A stretch of 64,000 nucleotides of DNA, taken from assembly GCA_965208675.1 (NCBI GenBank), contig OZ242351.1, positions 1,600,001-1,664,000 on the forward strand. The letters are read 5' to 3'. The notes beneath the pieces were generated by a model, which did no database searches, was not told the origin of the DNA, and worked only from the letters and a program-made list of their open reading frames with translations. The DNA comes from Candidatus Poribacteria bacterium. GTDB lineage: Bacteria; Poribacteria; WGA-4E; PCPOR2b. The stretch's first letter is position 1, and each line of letters starts with the position of its first letter. The translations under genes were made by a program, and so were the position numbers. This document shows positions 10,120 to 20,270 of the stretch, piece after piece.

Positions 10120-12897
10120 TTAGTGTGAAGCCGGCATCGGCACTTCGGCGGGTTCAATGCGGACGGGGCAGACTTTCAGTTCAGCCGTATGTGTAACCGG
10201 GTCATAGCCCGATCCTGTTAAGATGTTTACCGGTACATCGCTGAAGCTAAAGCTGGCGAACACCGTACCGCGCGGCGAACGCGGCGTGGCTTTAACTCGT
10301 ATCTTTACCGTACCGCGTGCGCTCGTCATTTGGCACCAACCGCCATCCATTAACCCCCACGCCTTAACATCAATGGGGTTCACCTCTAAAGCCTCCTCGG
10401 ACAGCAGATAGTCAATGCCCTGCGAACGGCCGGTTTGCGTGCGCGTGTGGTAGGACGCGAGCCGGCGCCCGGTGGTAAGCCAGACGGGAAAGTCGTTGTC
10501 GATTGTCTCTGCCGGGTCGCGATAGTAAATACGTTTAAAAATGCCGCGGCCGTTCTCGAATTTATCTTGGTGCAGCATCGGTGTGCCGGGGTGTCCCTCG
10601 TGAGGCACCGGCCATTGGTACGCACCTTCGTCAATCCGGTCCCAATCGATACCCGCGTAGAGGGGTGAAACGCTGCAGAGTTCGTTAAAAATCTCCTGTG
10701 CCGATCCGAAATCAAATCCCTGAAAACCGAGGCGTTTGGCAATCTGGGCAATTATCCACCAGTCGGGTTTTGCTTTGCCCGGCGGCGGTACAGCCGCGCG
10801 GACACGCTGGACTCGGCGTTCTGTGTTTGTGCATACGCCGTCGGTTTCGCCCCAAGCGGCCGCGGGCAGCACAACGTCTGCAAGTTGCGCGGTATCGGTC
10901 AAAAAGATATCAATCACAACGAGATGGTCAAGGCTTCTGAGTGCGTGTTCGCAGTGCGCTCGATTGGGATCGGAGAGCAGTGTGTTCTCCCCGTCAATAA
11001 GCATTGCCCGAATCTGTTCGCCGCACAGATCGAGCGCCGTAACTTTGGTGATACCCTTTTCCATGTCTATGTGTGCACCGTATAACCTGTTGAATTTCGC
11101 TTGGTTATCCGGATCAGTGACGGATTGGAAACCGGGGTAGTTGTTCGGAAGCGCGCCGCTGTCGCCCGCACCTTGAATGTTGTTCTGCCCGCGCATCGGG
11201 TTAATGCCCGTTCCCTCGCGGCCAATGTTACCGGTCATAAGGGCGAGGTTGCACAGGCTCTGCACATTGTCAACGCCGCAGATATGTTCGGTGACCCCGA
11301 GCGTATAATAGATTGCAGCTTTGTCTGCCATACCGTACCACAACGCCGCAATCTCAATATCCCGTGCGGGGACGCCCGTTATCGTTTCAGCCCACTCCGG
11401 CGGGAACGCCCTGACATGCTCAAGAAAATCCTCACTGCCAGTTGTTCGGTTCGAGATGAATTCAGGGTCAATCAGCCCCTCACGGGCGATTACATGCGCC
11501 ATGGCGAGCAGGAGTGCAACGTCCGACCCAACTCGAATCGGGAGGAAGAGATTCGATAGCTCCACAAGCCCAATCCGCCGCGGATCAGCAACGATTAGCT
11601 TGGCTCCCCGTGCGACCGCTTTCTTGAGGCGCGTTGCTGCGACAGGATGGCATTCGGTCATATTTGTCCCAATGCAAAATATAACATCGGGTTTCTCCAT
11701 GTCAATAAGCGGATTCGACATTGCGCCGCGTCCGATTGTGGCTGCCAGACCGGCAACCGTCGGCGCGTGTCAGGCACGGCTGCAGTTGTCTATGTAGTTC
11801 GTTCCGAAACCGGCGCGGATAAACTTCTGCATTAGATATGCGGCTTCATTCGGCGCGCGCCCCGAAGCAACGCCGTAAATGCTATGTCTACCGTAATTCT
11901 CCCGCACCGCGCGAAAGCCGTCAGCCGCGCGGTCGAGCGCTTCGTCCCAACTTGCACCGCGGAGTTGACCGTCGCCGCCGCGAACCAACGGTGTAGACAA
12001 CCGGTCAGGGTGCTGGACAAAATCGAAGGCGAACTGCCCCTTAACACAGAGCGCGCCTTGGTTTGCCGGACCGTCCATCGCGGGGTGGATACCGATGAGC
12101 CTATCTTTTTTGGTCAGCATGTCAACCGAGCAACCGACGCCGCAGTACGGGCAAATCGTGCGCGTCTTCTCGATTTCGCCCGGAAGATTCACTGCGCGCA
12201 GTGCCTTCTTGTCGGCAAGCGCCCCGGTGGGGCACGTCTGTACGCATTGGCCGCAAAAGGTGCATGCGGAGTCTTTCAAAATGCCGTTGAACTCAGTCGT
12301 AATCTGCGTGTCAAAACCGCGGTTCATTACACTAATGGCGTAATCTCCCTCCTGTTCTGCGCAAACCCGCACACATCGGTAGCAGGAGATACACAGGTCG
12401 TAATCGCGCAGAATAAAGGGATTCTCGTCGCCCGTGTTGCTAACGCCGGACTGTTTTCCGTTGAAGCGCCCGGTACGCGCCTCGTAGCGTTCGACAAGGT
12501 TCGTAAGTTCCTGTGACGCATAACCGCGCAGGGGATTGACATCAAGTTCTCGGTTCTCGGAGGCAACCATTTCAAGCAAAACTTTGCGGTGTTTCTCAAT
12601 CTCCTCCGTTGCCGTTCGGACGGCCATACAGGGTGTTGCCTTCGTGGTGCAAGAGGCAACCGGATTTCGCGTCCCTTCAAGTTCGACAATGCAGAGGCGG
12701 CATCCGCCGAAGGCATCCAGGCGGGGATCGTAACAGAGCGTCGGAATGTCTATGCCACGGCGATGCGCAACATCGTAGATGGTTTCACCCTCCGAATAGG
12801 TTACCACTTCGCCATCCAGTGTAATTGCGGCAGGCTGCACTTCCGTCGGGGCGGAATTAATACCGTTCTTCAATTTTTCACGATTCGGTTTTGACAC
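10120..12897 (-). CDS. fdhF: Selenocysteine-containing NAD-linked formate dehydrogenase alpha subunit (925 aa; Sec at UGA 11770-11772)
   Basis: ORFs 11770..12897 and 10120..11721 are in frame and joined by a single TGA, reading NCSRA-U-HAPTVAGL at the FDH active-site position; Fe-S motifs CRLC, CISCYRC, CTFCGQC, CPYCGVGC; PMRGQNNIQG. Confidence 0.95.
11732..11769 (-). promoter_or_regulatory. Bacterial SECIS element
   Basis: Hairpin GGUUGCC-GGUCU-GGCAGCC (11758-11740) starts 11 nt after the UGA and closely resembles the E. coli fdhF SECIS (GGUUGCAGGUCUGCACC). Confidence 0.9.
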
Positions 12898-12969
12898 GTT
12901 TCAAATCCCTTTGGCATAGAATTCGTTTATTGTCGTGTGATTACACTGAAACCACAGTTCTAATCTGTC

Positions 12970-14640
12970 TCACGGCTCCACGTGTTGCGCAACTCGTTCC
13001 GGAAAATATTTCATCAAGCTGTCTGTAATTAGCGGCGCCGCCATCCCGAGTCCGCAGGCGCTCGCCGCCTTCATTGCGTTGCCGATGTCTTTTACCTCGC
13101 CAATCCATTCCCCTAGTTCCGTGGGTCCCGCCTTTCCATTTAGGCGCTCGGTGAGGCGCTGCGTACCGATTCGGCACGGAAAACACTTTCCGCATGACTC
13201 TTCGGCGAAAAATGCCATGGCGCTGCGCGCCGCTTCGACCATGTCCCGGCTGTCATCGAACACTATAATCCCGCCAGCGCCAAGCATCGAACCCTTGCTC
13301 CGCAGGCTCGTCTCATCGAGTGTTACGTTGAGGTCCTCTCCCGCCAAGAAACCGCCCGAAAGCCCCGCCATTGTAACCGACTGAATCGAACGGTTTTCCC
13401 GGGCGCCGCCTGCCCAGTCATAGAGCAGCGTCTCCAACGGCAGCCCAAACGGCGCTTCATAGTTGCCGGGTTTTTGGATGTCGCCGGAAAGACTGATTAC
13501 CTTTGTGCCGGCGTGGCCGTTCATCCCTAGCCCTCGATACCAGTTTGCACCATTACGCAGGATTTGCGGTACCGAGGCGAGGGTCTCGACGTTGTTCACA
13601 GCCGTGGGTAGATTCTCGTAACCGTGTGTGACCGGATAGGGCGGGCGGTTGCGAGGGAATGGATGTTTCCCTTCCAGACTATTCAGCAGCGAACCTTCCT
13701 CGCCGCAGATGTATGCACCGGCTCCGCGTCTCAGATGAATCCGAAAACTGAAATCACTCCCAAGCACTTCTTCACCGAGGAAACCGGCGGATTCCGCTTC
13801 AGCAATCGCACGTTCGAGAACATTGAATGTGCCGGGGTACTCATATCGCAGGTAGATGAAGCCGCGCGTTGCGCCAGTGGCGTAGGCTGCGAGCGTCATT
13901 CCCTCAATCACAGCATGCGGGTCGTAGTCGAGGATGGCGCGGTCCTTAAAGCACCCAGGCTCGCCCTCATCGGCGTTACAGATGACGGTTTTAGGCGTTC
14001 CAGGGGCTTCGGCAACCGCTTTCCATTTGAGACCGGTTGGGAAGCCCGCGCCTCCTCGTCCGGCGAGTTGGCTTTCTGTGATAAGCGCAACTACCTCGCT
14101 AGGTTGCATCTCTTTGACAGCCCGCTGAAGCCCTTCGTACCCGCCCGTTTGGCAATAGCCCTCAATGCTATATCTGCCCGGCGTGCGAATCGCGGCAAAG
14201 ACGCACTCCTCGATGCCGCCCGGATTCCGCGGAGGCAATGGCGACGGTCGGGCTTCTAGCGTACCCGAACTTGCTCCAACACGTACCGTATGCCCGTCAA
14301 GAACCGGGACGTAATCGTCGCAGCGCCCGGCGCAGGGCATGGCTTGCGCGCCTTCATCCTTGAGTTCTTCGATGATTTGTTTGCCGCCTTCCAGACAGCA
14401 GACGGGTCCCATGCAGACGCGTGGCGCAGTTTGCCCGGGCGGGTTTCGGGAAAAGTGGTGGTAGAAGGTAACGATGCCGAAGAGGTCTGCCAGTGGAATT
14501 TTTAGCCCGACAGCCGCAGCGCGGAGAGATTCATCCGAAATAAAACCGTCTCGGTCATGAAAGGCGTGCAGCATCGGAAGCAATGGCGCCGGTTCGCTGC
14601 TCCAACGCTCAATAAGTTCCCGGTTCGTAGGAGTTTTCAT
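12970..14640 (-). CDS. Fused NuoE/NuoF-like (FdsG-FdsB) diaphorase subunit of formate dehydrogenase
   Basis: N-terminal TFYHHF, CMGPVC and CAGRC 2Fe-2S ligands; GRGGAGFPTGLKW, CNADEGEPG, GAGAYICGEE, ESCGKCFPCRIG, SACGLG. Confidence 0.92.
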   Translation of the reverse strand: MKTPTNRELIERWSSEPAPLLPMLHAFHDRDGFISDESLRAAAVGLKIPLADLFGIVTFYHHFSRNPPGQTAPRVCMGPVCCLEGGKQIIEELKDEGAQAMPCAGRCDDYVPVLDGHTVRVGASSGTLEARPSPLPPRNPGGIEECVFAAIRTPGRYSIEGYCQTGGYEGLQRAVKEMQPSEVVALITESQLAGRGGAGFPTGLKWKAVAEAPGTPKTVICNADEGEPGCFKDRAILDYDPHAVIEGMTLAAYATGATRGFIYLRYEYPGTFNVLERAIAEAESAGFLGEEVLGSDFSFRIHLRRGAGAYICGEEGSLLNSLEGKHPFPRNRPPYPVTHGYENLPTAVNNVETLASVPQILRNGANWYRGLGMNGHAGTKVISLSGDIQKPGNYEAPFGLPLETLLYDWAGGARENRSIQSVTMAGLSGGFLAGEDLNVTLDETSLRSKGSMLGAGGIIVFDDSRDMVEAARSAMAFFAEESCGKCFPCRIGTQRLTERLNGKAGPTELGEWIGEVKDIGNAMKAASACGLGMAAPLITDSLMKYFPERVAQHVEP

Positions 14641-14711
14641 CGCGCACACCCGCTACCAAGTTTAATCCAGCCCTGCATTTGAGGGCACATACCGCCTCAC
14701 CTGTTTCGGCA

Positions 14712-14740
14712 ATAGTAGCACGCAATAGGTGGCTTGTCAA
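14712..14740 (-). promoter_or_regulatory. Sigma70-type promoter of the FDH operon
   Basis: TTGACA-N17-TACTAT on the minus strand. Confidence 0.65.
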
Positions 14741-14784
14741 TTGGATTTTAAGCATGTTTTCCCGCCAATCCGCTATCAGATTTT

Positions 14785-14886
14785 GTAGGTTGGGTAGAGC
14801 GGGTATGCCGCAACACGTGCATGTTAACGAATATCTCTGTCGGTCAATTGCATGCTAGATTTACTGGATGTAGCGAAACCCAACGC
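14785..14886 (+). repeat. GTAG-type REP-like element with internal insert
   Basis: GTAGGTTGGGTAGAGCG ... TAGCGAAACCCAAC; a related element lies inverted at about 29430-29570. Confidence 0.55.
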
Positions 14887-15108
14887 CCTTAAAACCTCCG
14901 TCATTCCGATATACACCGAACACAATTTACCGATCCGAAATTTGAATTAGGTCGTTGGTTTCTCTATTTTATGTTTCCATTATCAATTGCCGCGTTGTTA
15001 ATGCGCACCCGCCGCCAGTCACGAGGCTACAAAATTGTTCGGCTTCGCGGAAAACTATCGTCCTAACATTTCGTTTGGCTGACCGCTCTACCAAACCTAA
15101 AAAAACTA

Positions 15109-16293
15109 TCATTCGCTTTCTTGCTCAGCTTCGGGAATCAACGATTTTGCAATTTGGATGATTTCAGGTTGGTCTAACTCGCTGATTAAGGCAAAATTGA
15201 TCCCGCCTTCATACCATTTCAAAATTAACGTCTGATGGCGTTTCATAATTTCCACAGGTGTTTCGTTGAACTGCTTGATGCGAACTCCCTTACCAGCGTG
15301 GCTTTTCGAACTGCGCTGCTTGCGGGGCGGTTTGCGTTTTGATTCAAATAGAGAAAACTCCATCAGTCCATCGCTGTATCGTAGATGCACCGTCGGTCTA
15401 GGCGCTCGAAGCGGCACCGCTCGTTTAGGACCGAATGCAATCTGTGTAATCTGCTGTAACTTAAACCCGGGCGGGAGATATGTGGGTAGAACTAACCGAT
15501 TATCCAGTGCCTTTTTTGCATCTGCCAATGATATGGATTTGCCGCGCCGTCGTGAATCGGCGGGGTTTGATTTCTCTTCATGTTGGAATTTTGACAACTC
15601 TTCCTTTACTTTGTCGGGTTGAAAACTAATCTGGGTATAGACTGACAGAAATCTGAGATTCTCTTTGGCGTCAAAGTGTTCAATTCTCAAGATAACTCCC
15701 TTATCCTCCGCTATCCAGATGCGCCTTGTTGGTCTATGCTCGATTTCGGGCTTAGGGGCAATCGTTAATACGTTGGCTTCAAAGCCGGCAATCTTCTCTT
15801 TGGAGGCGTGGAACTTAAGCGTGTAGTTCTGAACTAATAACTCCGAATTGTCCTGCGACAGCCGCTCAGCAATTTTGTGCGGCGGGCGGAAAAATGCCCT
15901 TCCGTCAAAATGATGTCTGAAAGGCACGTCGGATTTAAAGTTCCCCTTTCCCCTGCCGCGTTTCCTCCAACCGCCGCGAGTTTTTGGGCGGTAACCCTCC
16001 TTTAGCGGCGCCACCATCTTGACATGATGAGCTGAAGGCGGATGGTGGACAACTAGCTCCTCGCGCGCAAAACAACCGTCATACGACCAACTAATCGTGA
16101 GCCGTTTCCCAACATACCTAATCTCCCGTTCCGCCGACTTCAGACGCTGAAAGACCTCGGAAGCAAGAGCAGATGAATTGTCTTGCGCAGCGTCCGCTGC
16201 GGCATCGCATGCCACAATTAGCAGAACAAACGCGGTATTCAAGATTTGGCGTTTTTGCCTGAAAAACATGGATTTAATCTCCGAAATGGGCAT
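15109..16293 (-). CDS. MucB/RseB-like periplasmic sigma-E regulator with DUF4367-like C-terminus
   Basis: EKIAGFEANVLTIAPK, RRIWIAEDKGVILRIE, LPTYLPPGFKL, HLRYSDGLMEFSLFE; follows the anti-sigma gene. Confidence 0.8.
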   Translation of the reverse strand: MPISEIKSMFFRQKRQILNTAFVLLIVACDAAADAAQDNSSALASEVFQRLKSAEREIRYVGKRLTISWSYDGCFAREELVVHHPPSAHHVKMVAPLKEGYRPKTRGGWRKRGRGKGNFKSDVPFRHHFDGRAFFRPPHKIAERLSQDNSELLVQNYTLKFHASKEKIAGFEANVLTIAPKPEIEHRPTRRIWIAEDKGVILRIEHFDAKENLRFLSVYTQISFQPDKVKEELSKFQHEEKSNPADSRRRGKSISLADAKKALDNRLVLPTYLPPGFKLQQITQIAFGPKRAVPLRAPRPTVHLRYSDGLMEFSLFESKRKPPRKQRSSKSHAGKGVRIKQFNETPVEIMKRHQTLILKWYEGGINFALISELDQPEIIQIAKSLIPEAEQESE

Positions 16294-16786
16294 CTAGGAA
16301 GATTTCAGTTTCTTCCTGAAAATCTGTGTAAGCGACTTCAAAGGGTTGATTGACATCGGCGTATTGTGTCCCGAAATTGTCCATTCCATAATCCGTGTGA
16401 ATTGCCACGTATAAGTCGATTGGATCATCGTGGTAATTCTGATTTGGGCTGAAATAAATTATCCCTAACACCAGGCACGCTAGGACAATCGTGCCCGCAA
16501 CTGCAGGAACTGGGCGGAAAATCCATCGGCGCCGGATTTGTCTGGATCGGCTGCGGTCCTTTGTCTGCTGTCTGCTGACTATCTGTTCTTGAACAGCTTC
16601 CCAAATCCCAAGGGGCGCCGGCTGCCGTAAATCTGCAATCCGCTGGCTGTTACGCTTGAGTTCGGAAAGGACTTCGGCGCATTCACCGCAGGTGTGTATG
16701 TGCACTTTAACCACTTCACGTTCCTGTTGGGTCAATTCATCATCAATGTACGCAGATAGCAATTTTTGAATACGACGATGTTTCAT
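16274..16786 (-). CDS. Zinc-binding (ZAS/zf-HC2) transmembrane anti-sigma factor
   Basis: LLSAYIDDEL...HIHTCGEC and a single TM helix. Confidence 0.9.
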   Translation of the reverse strand: MKHRRIQKLLSAYIDDELTQQEREVVKVHIHTCGECAEVLSELKRNSQRIADLRQPAPLGIWEAVQEQIVSRQQTKDRSRSRQIRRRWIFRPVPAVAGTIVLACLVLGIIYFSPNQNYHDDPIDLYVAIHTDYGMDNFGTQYADVNQPFEVAYTDFQEETEIFLDAHFGD

Positions 16787-16792
16787 AGAGGT

Positions 16793-17398
16793 TCACCAAT
16801 CTTTCTGTTTCAAAACCTTTCTCAACGAAAGCCTCGCCTCATGAAGCCGTGACTTTACGCGTCCAACGGAGCAATTGAGTACCTCCGCCAACTCATCGTA
16901 GGACAAATTTTCCATCTCGCGAAGGATTAGAATCTTTCGGTAATCGTGTTTGAGTTGCGCCAGGGCGGCTTGCAGTATCTCTTGCTGCTCAGCCAGGAGC
17001 ATCTCTTTTTCAGGTGTTCTGGAATCTACGGGCGTCCACGCTTGCGAATCGTCCATTTCCGTCGGCGATGTCTGCTGCCGCTGCCGCCGGTTTATCTCGT
17101 TGATGCACATGTTCGTCGCAACGCGGTAAAGCCATGTGGAAAACCGAGATTTGAATTGGAACTGCCCAATCTTTTCCCATACCGATAAAAACACGTCTTG
17201 GGTAATGTCTTGCGCATCTTCCGCGTTGCCGAGCATGCCGTAGGCGATATTATAGACCTGGTTTTGATATAGGCGGACAATCCGTCCCATTGCCTGAACA
17301 TCGCCCGCTTGGCAGTGCTCAATTAAATCTCGTTCCTGTTGGTCGACCAGTTCTTCAACCTCTGTGGAGATGAAATGTGCAGCGCATACACTTACCAT
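16793..17398 (-). CDS. ECF sigma factor (RpoE-like)
   Basis: DAQDITQDVF, FSTWLYRVATN, LSYDELAEVLNCSVGRVKSRLHEAR; start placed downstream of the ECF promoter, exact codon uncertain. Confidence 0.92.
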   Translation of the reverse strand: MVSVCAAHFISTEVEELVDQQERDLIEHCQAGDVQAMGRIVRLYQNQVYNIAYGMLGNAEDAQDITQDVFLSVWEKIGQFQFKSRFSTWLYRVATNMCINEINRRQRQQTSPTEMDDSQAWTPVDSRTPEKEMLLAEQQEILQAALAQLKHDYRKILILREMENLSYDELAEVLNCSVGRVKSRLHEARLSLRKVLKQKDW

Positions 17399-17436
17399 AG
17401 TAGACAGCACAACCTTTTGTTTTTCATGATTGTAAA

Positions 17437-17463
17437 TTAGACAAACAATCTTGAAAAAGGTTC
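17437..17463 (-). promoter_or_regulatory. ECF (sigmaE-type) autoregulatory promoter
   Basis: GAACC-N16-GTCTAA immediately upstream of the sigma gene. Confidence 0.7.
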
Positions 17464-17672
17464 GCCTTTTTGGGAGAATTACGCCGCCCGAAGATATTTT
17501 GCCACAGACCTGCGCATGAGGCAAGCCGAAAACCGACTTAGGACTGTTCGGTCACGACGCTCAGAATTGGTCTCAATTAACTAACAAGCACGTTAGTCAT
17601 TGGTAATGAACGAAACGGGCGGAATGCCCGCCGCGCACCGAGATGTTCACGGGATGAGCGCCAAATCTACGC

Positions 17673-17701
17673 TTGACGATAAGATGACTACATGGTAATA
17701 T
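17673..17701 (+). promoter_or_regulatory. Sigma70-type promoter of recJ-rel
   Basis: TTGACG-N17-TAATAT with extended -10 TG. Confidence 0.6.
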
Positions 17702-17711
17702 ACACCCTGTC

Positions 17712-20270
17712 ATGAAACAGAAAATCTGGAACGTCAAAAGCCCCAATATTGAGACAAGCACGCGGCTTGCCGTGCGGCTTGGCATACCGCAGTTAATCGC
17801 GCAACTGCTCGTCAACCGAGGGGTTGAGACGGAGGACGCCGCGCAGGAATATTTGTACCCAACGCTCTCTAATCTTCATTCGCCGTTCCTGATGCGCGGT
17901 ATGGAAAAAGCGGTTGAACGTATTCATTCAGCAATTAAGCGCGGCGAAAAGATGTGGGTCTACGGCGATTATGACGCCGACGGGACGACGGCTGCATCGC
18001 TTTTACTAAACATATTTCGCCATTTTGACGTTCCTGCAGACTTTCACATTCCCAATCGATTTGACGAAGGATACGGCCTCAATAAAACCACCCTCCGTAA
18101 ATTAAGGGAAGACGGTTGCAGTCTTCTAATCACAGTCGATTGCGGCATCACCTCAATTGAAGAGGTGGACTTTGCGAACGAAATCGGGATAGACGTGATA
18201 ATTACGGACCACCATCAACCGCGTCCCGATGCGCTCCCCTCCGCTTATGCGGTGATTTGCCCCAAAATTCTGGAGAGCGAGTATCCCTTCGAAGGCCTTG
18301 CCGGTGTCGGATTAGCCTTTAAGCTCGCGCACGGGTTGTTCGGTGGTAATGACGTGCCCCCAATACTGCAATCTCAACTGGATTTAGTCGCGCTTGGCAC
18401 GGTCGTGGACATCGCAACGTTAACCGGCGAAAATCGCGTACTCGCAAAATTGGGGCTGGCGGAACTCAATAAACGTGAACGTCCGGGCATACGCGCGCTC
18501 TGCGAAGTAGCAAAATTTAGTCCCGATAAACCAATCGTAGGACGTACGCTATCCTATGTGTTGGGGCCTCGTATTAATGCTGCCGGACGGATGGACGCCG
18601 CCGAGAAAATCGTTCATCTGCTGACGGCTGAATCCGACGAAAATGCCTTGGCAATAGCCAAGATATTAGACGGCGAAAATCTAGAGCGGCGGAATGCGGA
18701 AGACCGCATTCGCGAGCAAGCCATCGCCAAGATCAAAAAGGATGTCAATCTCGACAGAGTTAAAGGGCTTGTCATCGCGCACAGTGGATGGCACCGAGGC
18801 GTTATCGGAATAGTCGCATCGCGGATTCTTGAGCAATATTACCGTCCCGTGTTCATTCTCGCAATAGACGGAGACGAAGCCCACGGGTCAGGACGCAGCA
18901 TCGGCGGCATCAACCTCGCGGACAGCCTGAACGCTTGCGCCGACCTTTTGGTCAAACACGGAGGGCACAAAGCGGCAGCCGGGCTAACCATTAAAACCAA
19001 GAACATCCCGAAATTCGAACAGCGGTTTAATCGCTACGTTTGTGAACATCTCTCCGACGATCATCTCGTTCAACAGTTGAACGTAGAATTTGAAATTCAG
19101 ATGCCCCTTCTATCCTTGGAAACTATTGAAAAACTACAACTCCTCGAACCTTTTGGTGCGGACAATCCCGCACCGCGAATTGCCATGCGCAACCTGGCGC
19201 TTGATCGGCCGCCTAGTTTAATTGGCAAAGAGAATAATCATCTCAAATTATGGGTGACTGACGGCTGCCAAACAGCAGAAGCCGTCGGGTGGAATATGTC
19301 CGATTATTTTATTTCAATGAAAAATCAAAATGTGCGCCTCGATTTGGCATTTGATCCCGGAATTAGCGAGTGGAACAACGCCCGCAGCCTCCAACTCACC
19401 ATCGCCGATCTTCAAATCGTCTCGCTTGACGCCGCTTCGCAGCAGCACCTGTACCCAACCGATGAGATGGAGAGTCCGGTCAAGATCGTTAATCGCAGAG
19501 ATACAAAAAGTAAAGGTAAGTACCTCTCAAAATTGCTTAGCCGTGGTGAACCCACGCTGTTGTATGTGCGAGACGACGAGGCGTTGGACCAACTACTTGA
19601 GATGGTTAATGCAAACGGCGATTTCTTGATTTCAAGGTGCAGCGCCGATACGCCCGAGACTGAAAGGCGCGCCATGGTAGATAAGTTTGCGCATAGAGAA
19701 CTGCTTACAGTTGTATCAAGTTGTACTTTGCGCGACGCGCCGCATGCCGCACACCTCGTTTTTTGCCACCCTGTCCCGCAACCGTTGACGTTTTTCAATC
19801 GTTGTCAACCGGCTTTCCAAAACCCGGAATCGACATATATCCACCTCCTCTACAACGCTGACGACATGGAGTGGATGCGTCAACGGCTATCCCAGCAATA
19901 TCCGGAGCGGCAGATGCTAGAGGGGTTGTATAAAAGGCTGCGATTCTTGAGTAAAGCAAACGGTAAAGGTCTCTCGCTGGAAGAAATTATTGCAGATGCC
20001 GACGCGGAATCCATTCCAAAACCAGCTGTCGTCAGCGGGATTTCAATCCTCGAAGAATTGCAACTGCTGACGCGCGATCCCGGCCTGTTTGAACGTGGAA
20101 TCCAACTTTTGCCGCCGCCGTCGAAAAAACGCAAACTCCACGAGTCTGAAACTTACCTGAACGGAGAACAGATCAAACAAATCAGTCTGTCATTTTCGGA
20201 TTTTCAGTTTAGGCTTAACATTCAAGAAATTTGGAAGAGAATAGATTATGAGTGTCGAAGAGCTGATTAA
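17712..20270 (+). CDS. recJ: ssDNA exonuclease RecJ with long C-terminal extension
   Basis: YGDYDADG, PNRFDEGYG, ITVDCG, TDHH, PRINAAGR, GSGRS, GGHKAAAG, LEPFGADNP. Confidence 0.95.
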   Translation: MKQKIWNVKSPNIETSTRLAVRLGIPQLIAQLLVNRGVETEDAAQEYLYPTLSNLHSPFLMRGMEKAVERIHSAIKRGEKMWVYGDYDADGTTAASLLLNIFRHFDVPADFHIPNRFDEGYGLNKTTLRKLREDGCSLLITVDCGITSIEEVDFANEIGIDVIITDHHQPRPDALPSAYAVICPKILESEYPFEGLAGVGLAFKLAHGLFGGNDVPPILQSQLDLVALGTVVDIATLTGENRVLAKLGLAELNKRERPGIRALCEVAKFSPDKPIVGRTLSYVLGPRINAAGRMDAAEKIVHLLTAESDENALAIAKILDGENLERRNAEDRIREQAIAKIKKDVNLDRVKGLVIAHSGWHRGVIGIVASRILEQYYRPVFILAIDGDEAHGSGRSIGGINLADSLNACADLLVKHGGHKAAAGLTIKTKNIPKFEQRFNRYVCEHLSDDHLVQQLNVEFEIQMPLLSLETIEKLQLLEPFGADNPAPRIAMRNLALDRPPSLIGKENNHLKLWVTDGCQTAEAVGWNMSDYFISMKNQNVRLDLAFDPGISEWNNARSLQLTIADLQIVSLDAASQQHLYPTDEMESPVKIVNRRDTKSKGKYLSKLLSRGEPTLLYVRDDEALDQLLEMVNANGDFLISRCSADTPETERRAMVDKFAHRELLTVVSSCTLRDAPHAAHLVFCHPVPQPLTFFNRCQPAFQNPESTYIHLLYNADDMEWMRQRLSQQYPERQMLEGLYKRLRFLSKANGKGLSLEEIIADADAESIPKPAVVSGISILEELQLLTRDPGLFERGIQLLPPPSKKRKLHESETYLNGEQIKQISLSFSDFQFRLNIQEIWKRIDYECRRAD

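Noticed and set aside
11770-11772. FDH alpha as a nonsense pseudogene or two separate genes
   Set aside because: The stop is UGA at the catalytic Cys/Sec position, with a SECIS and an uninterrupted frame.
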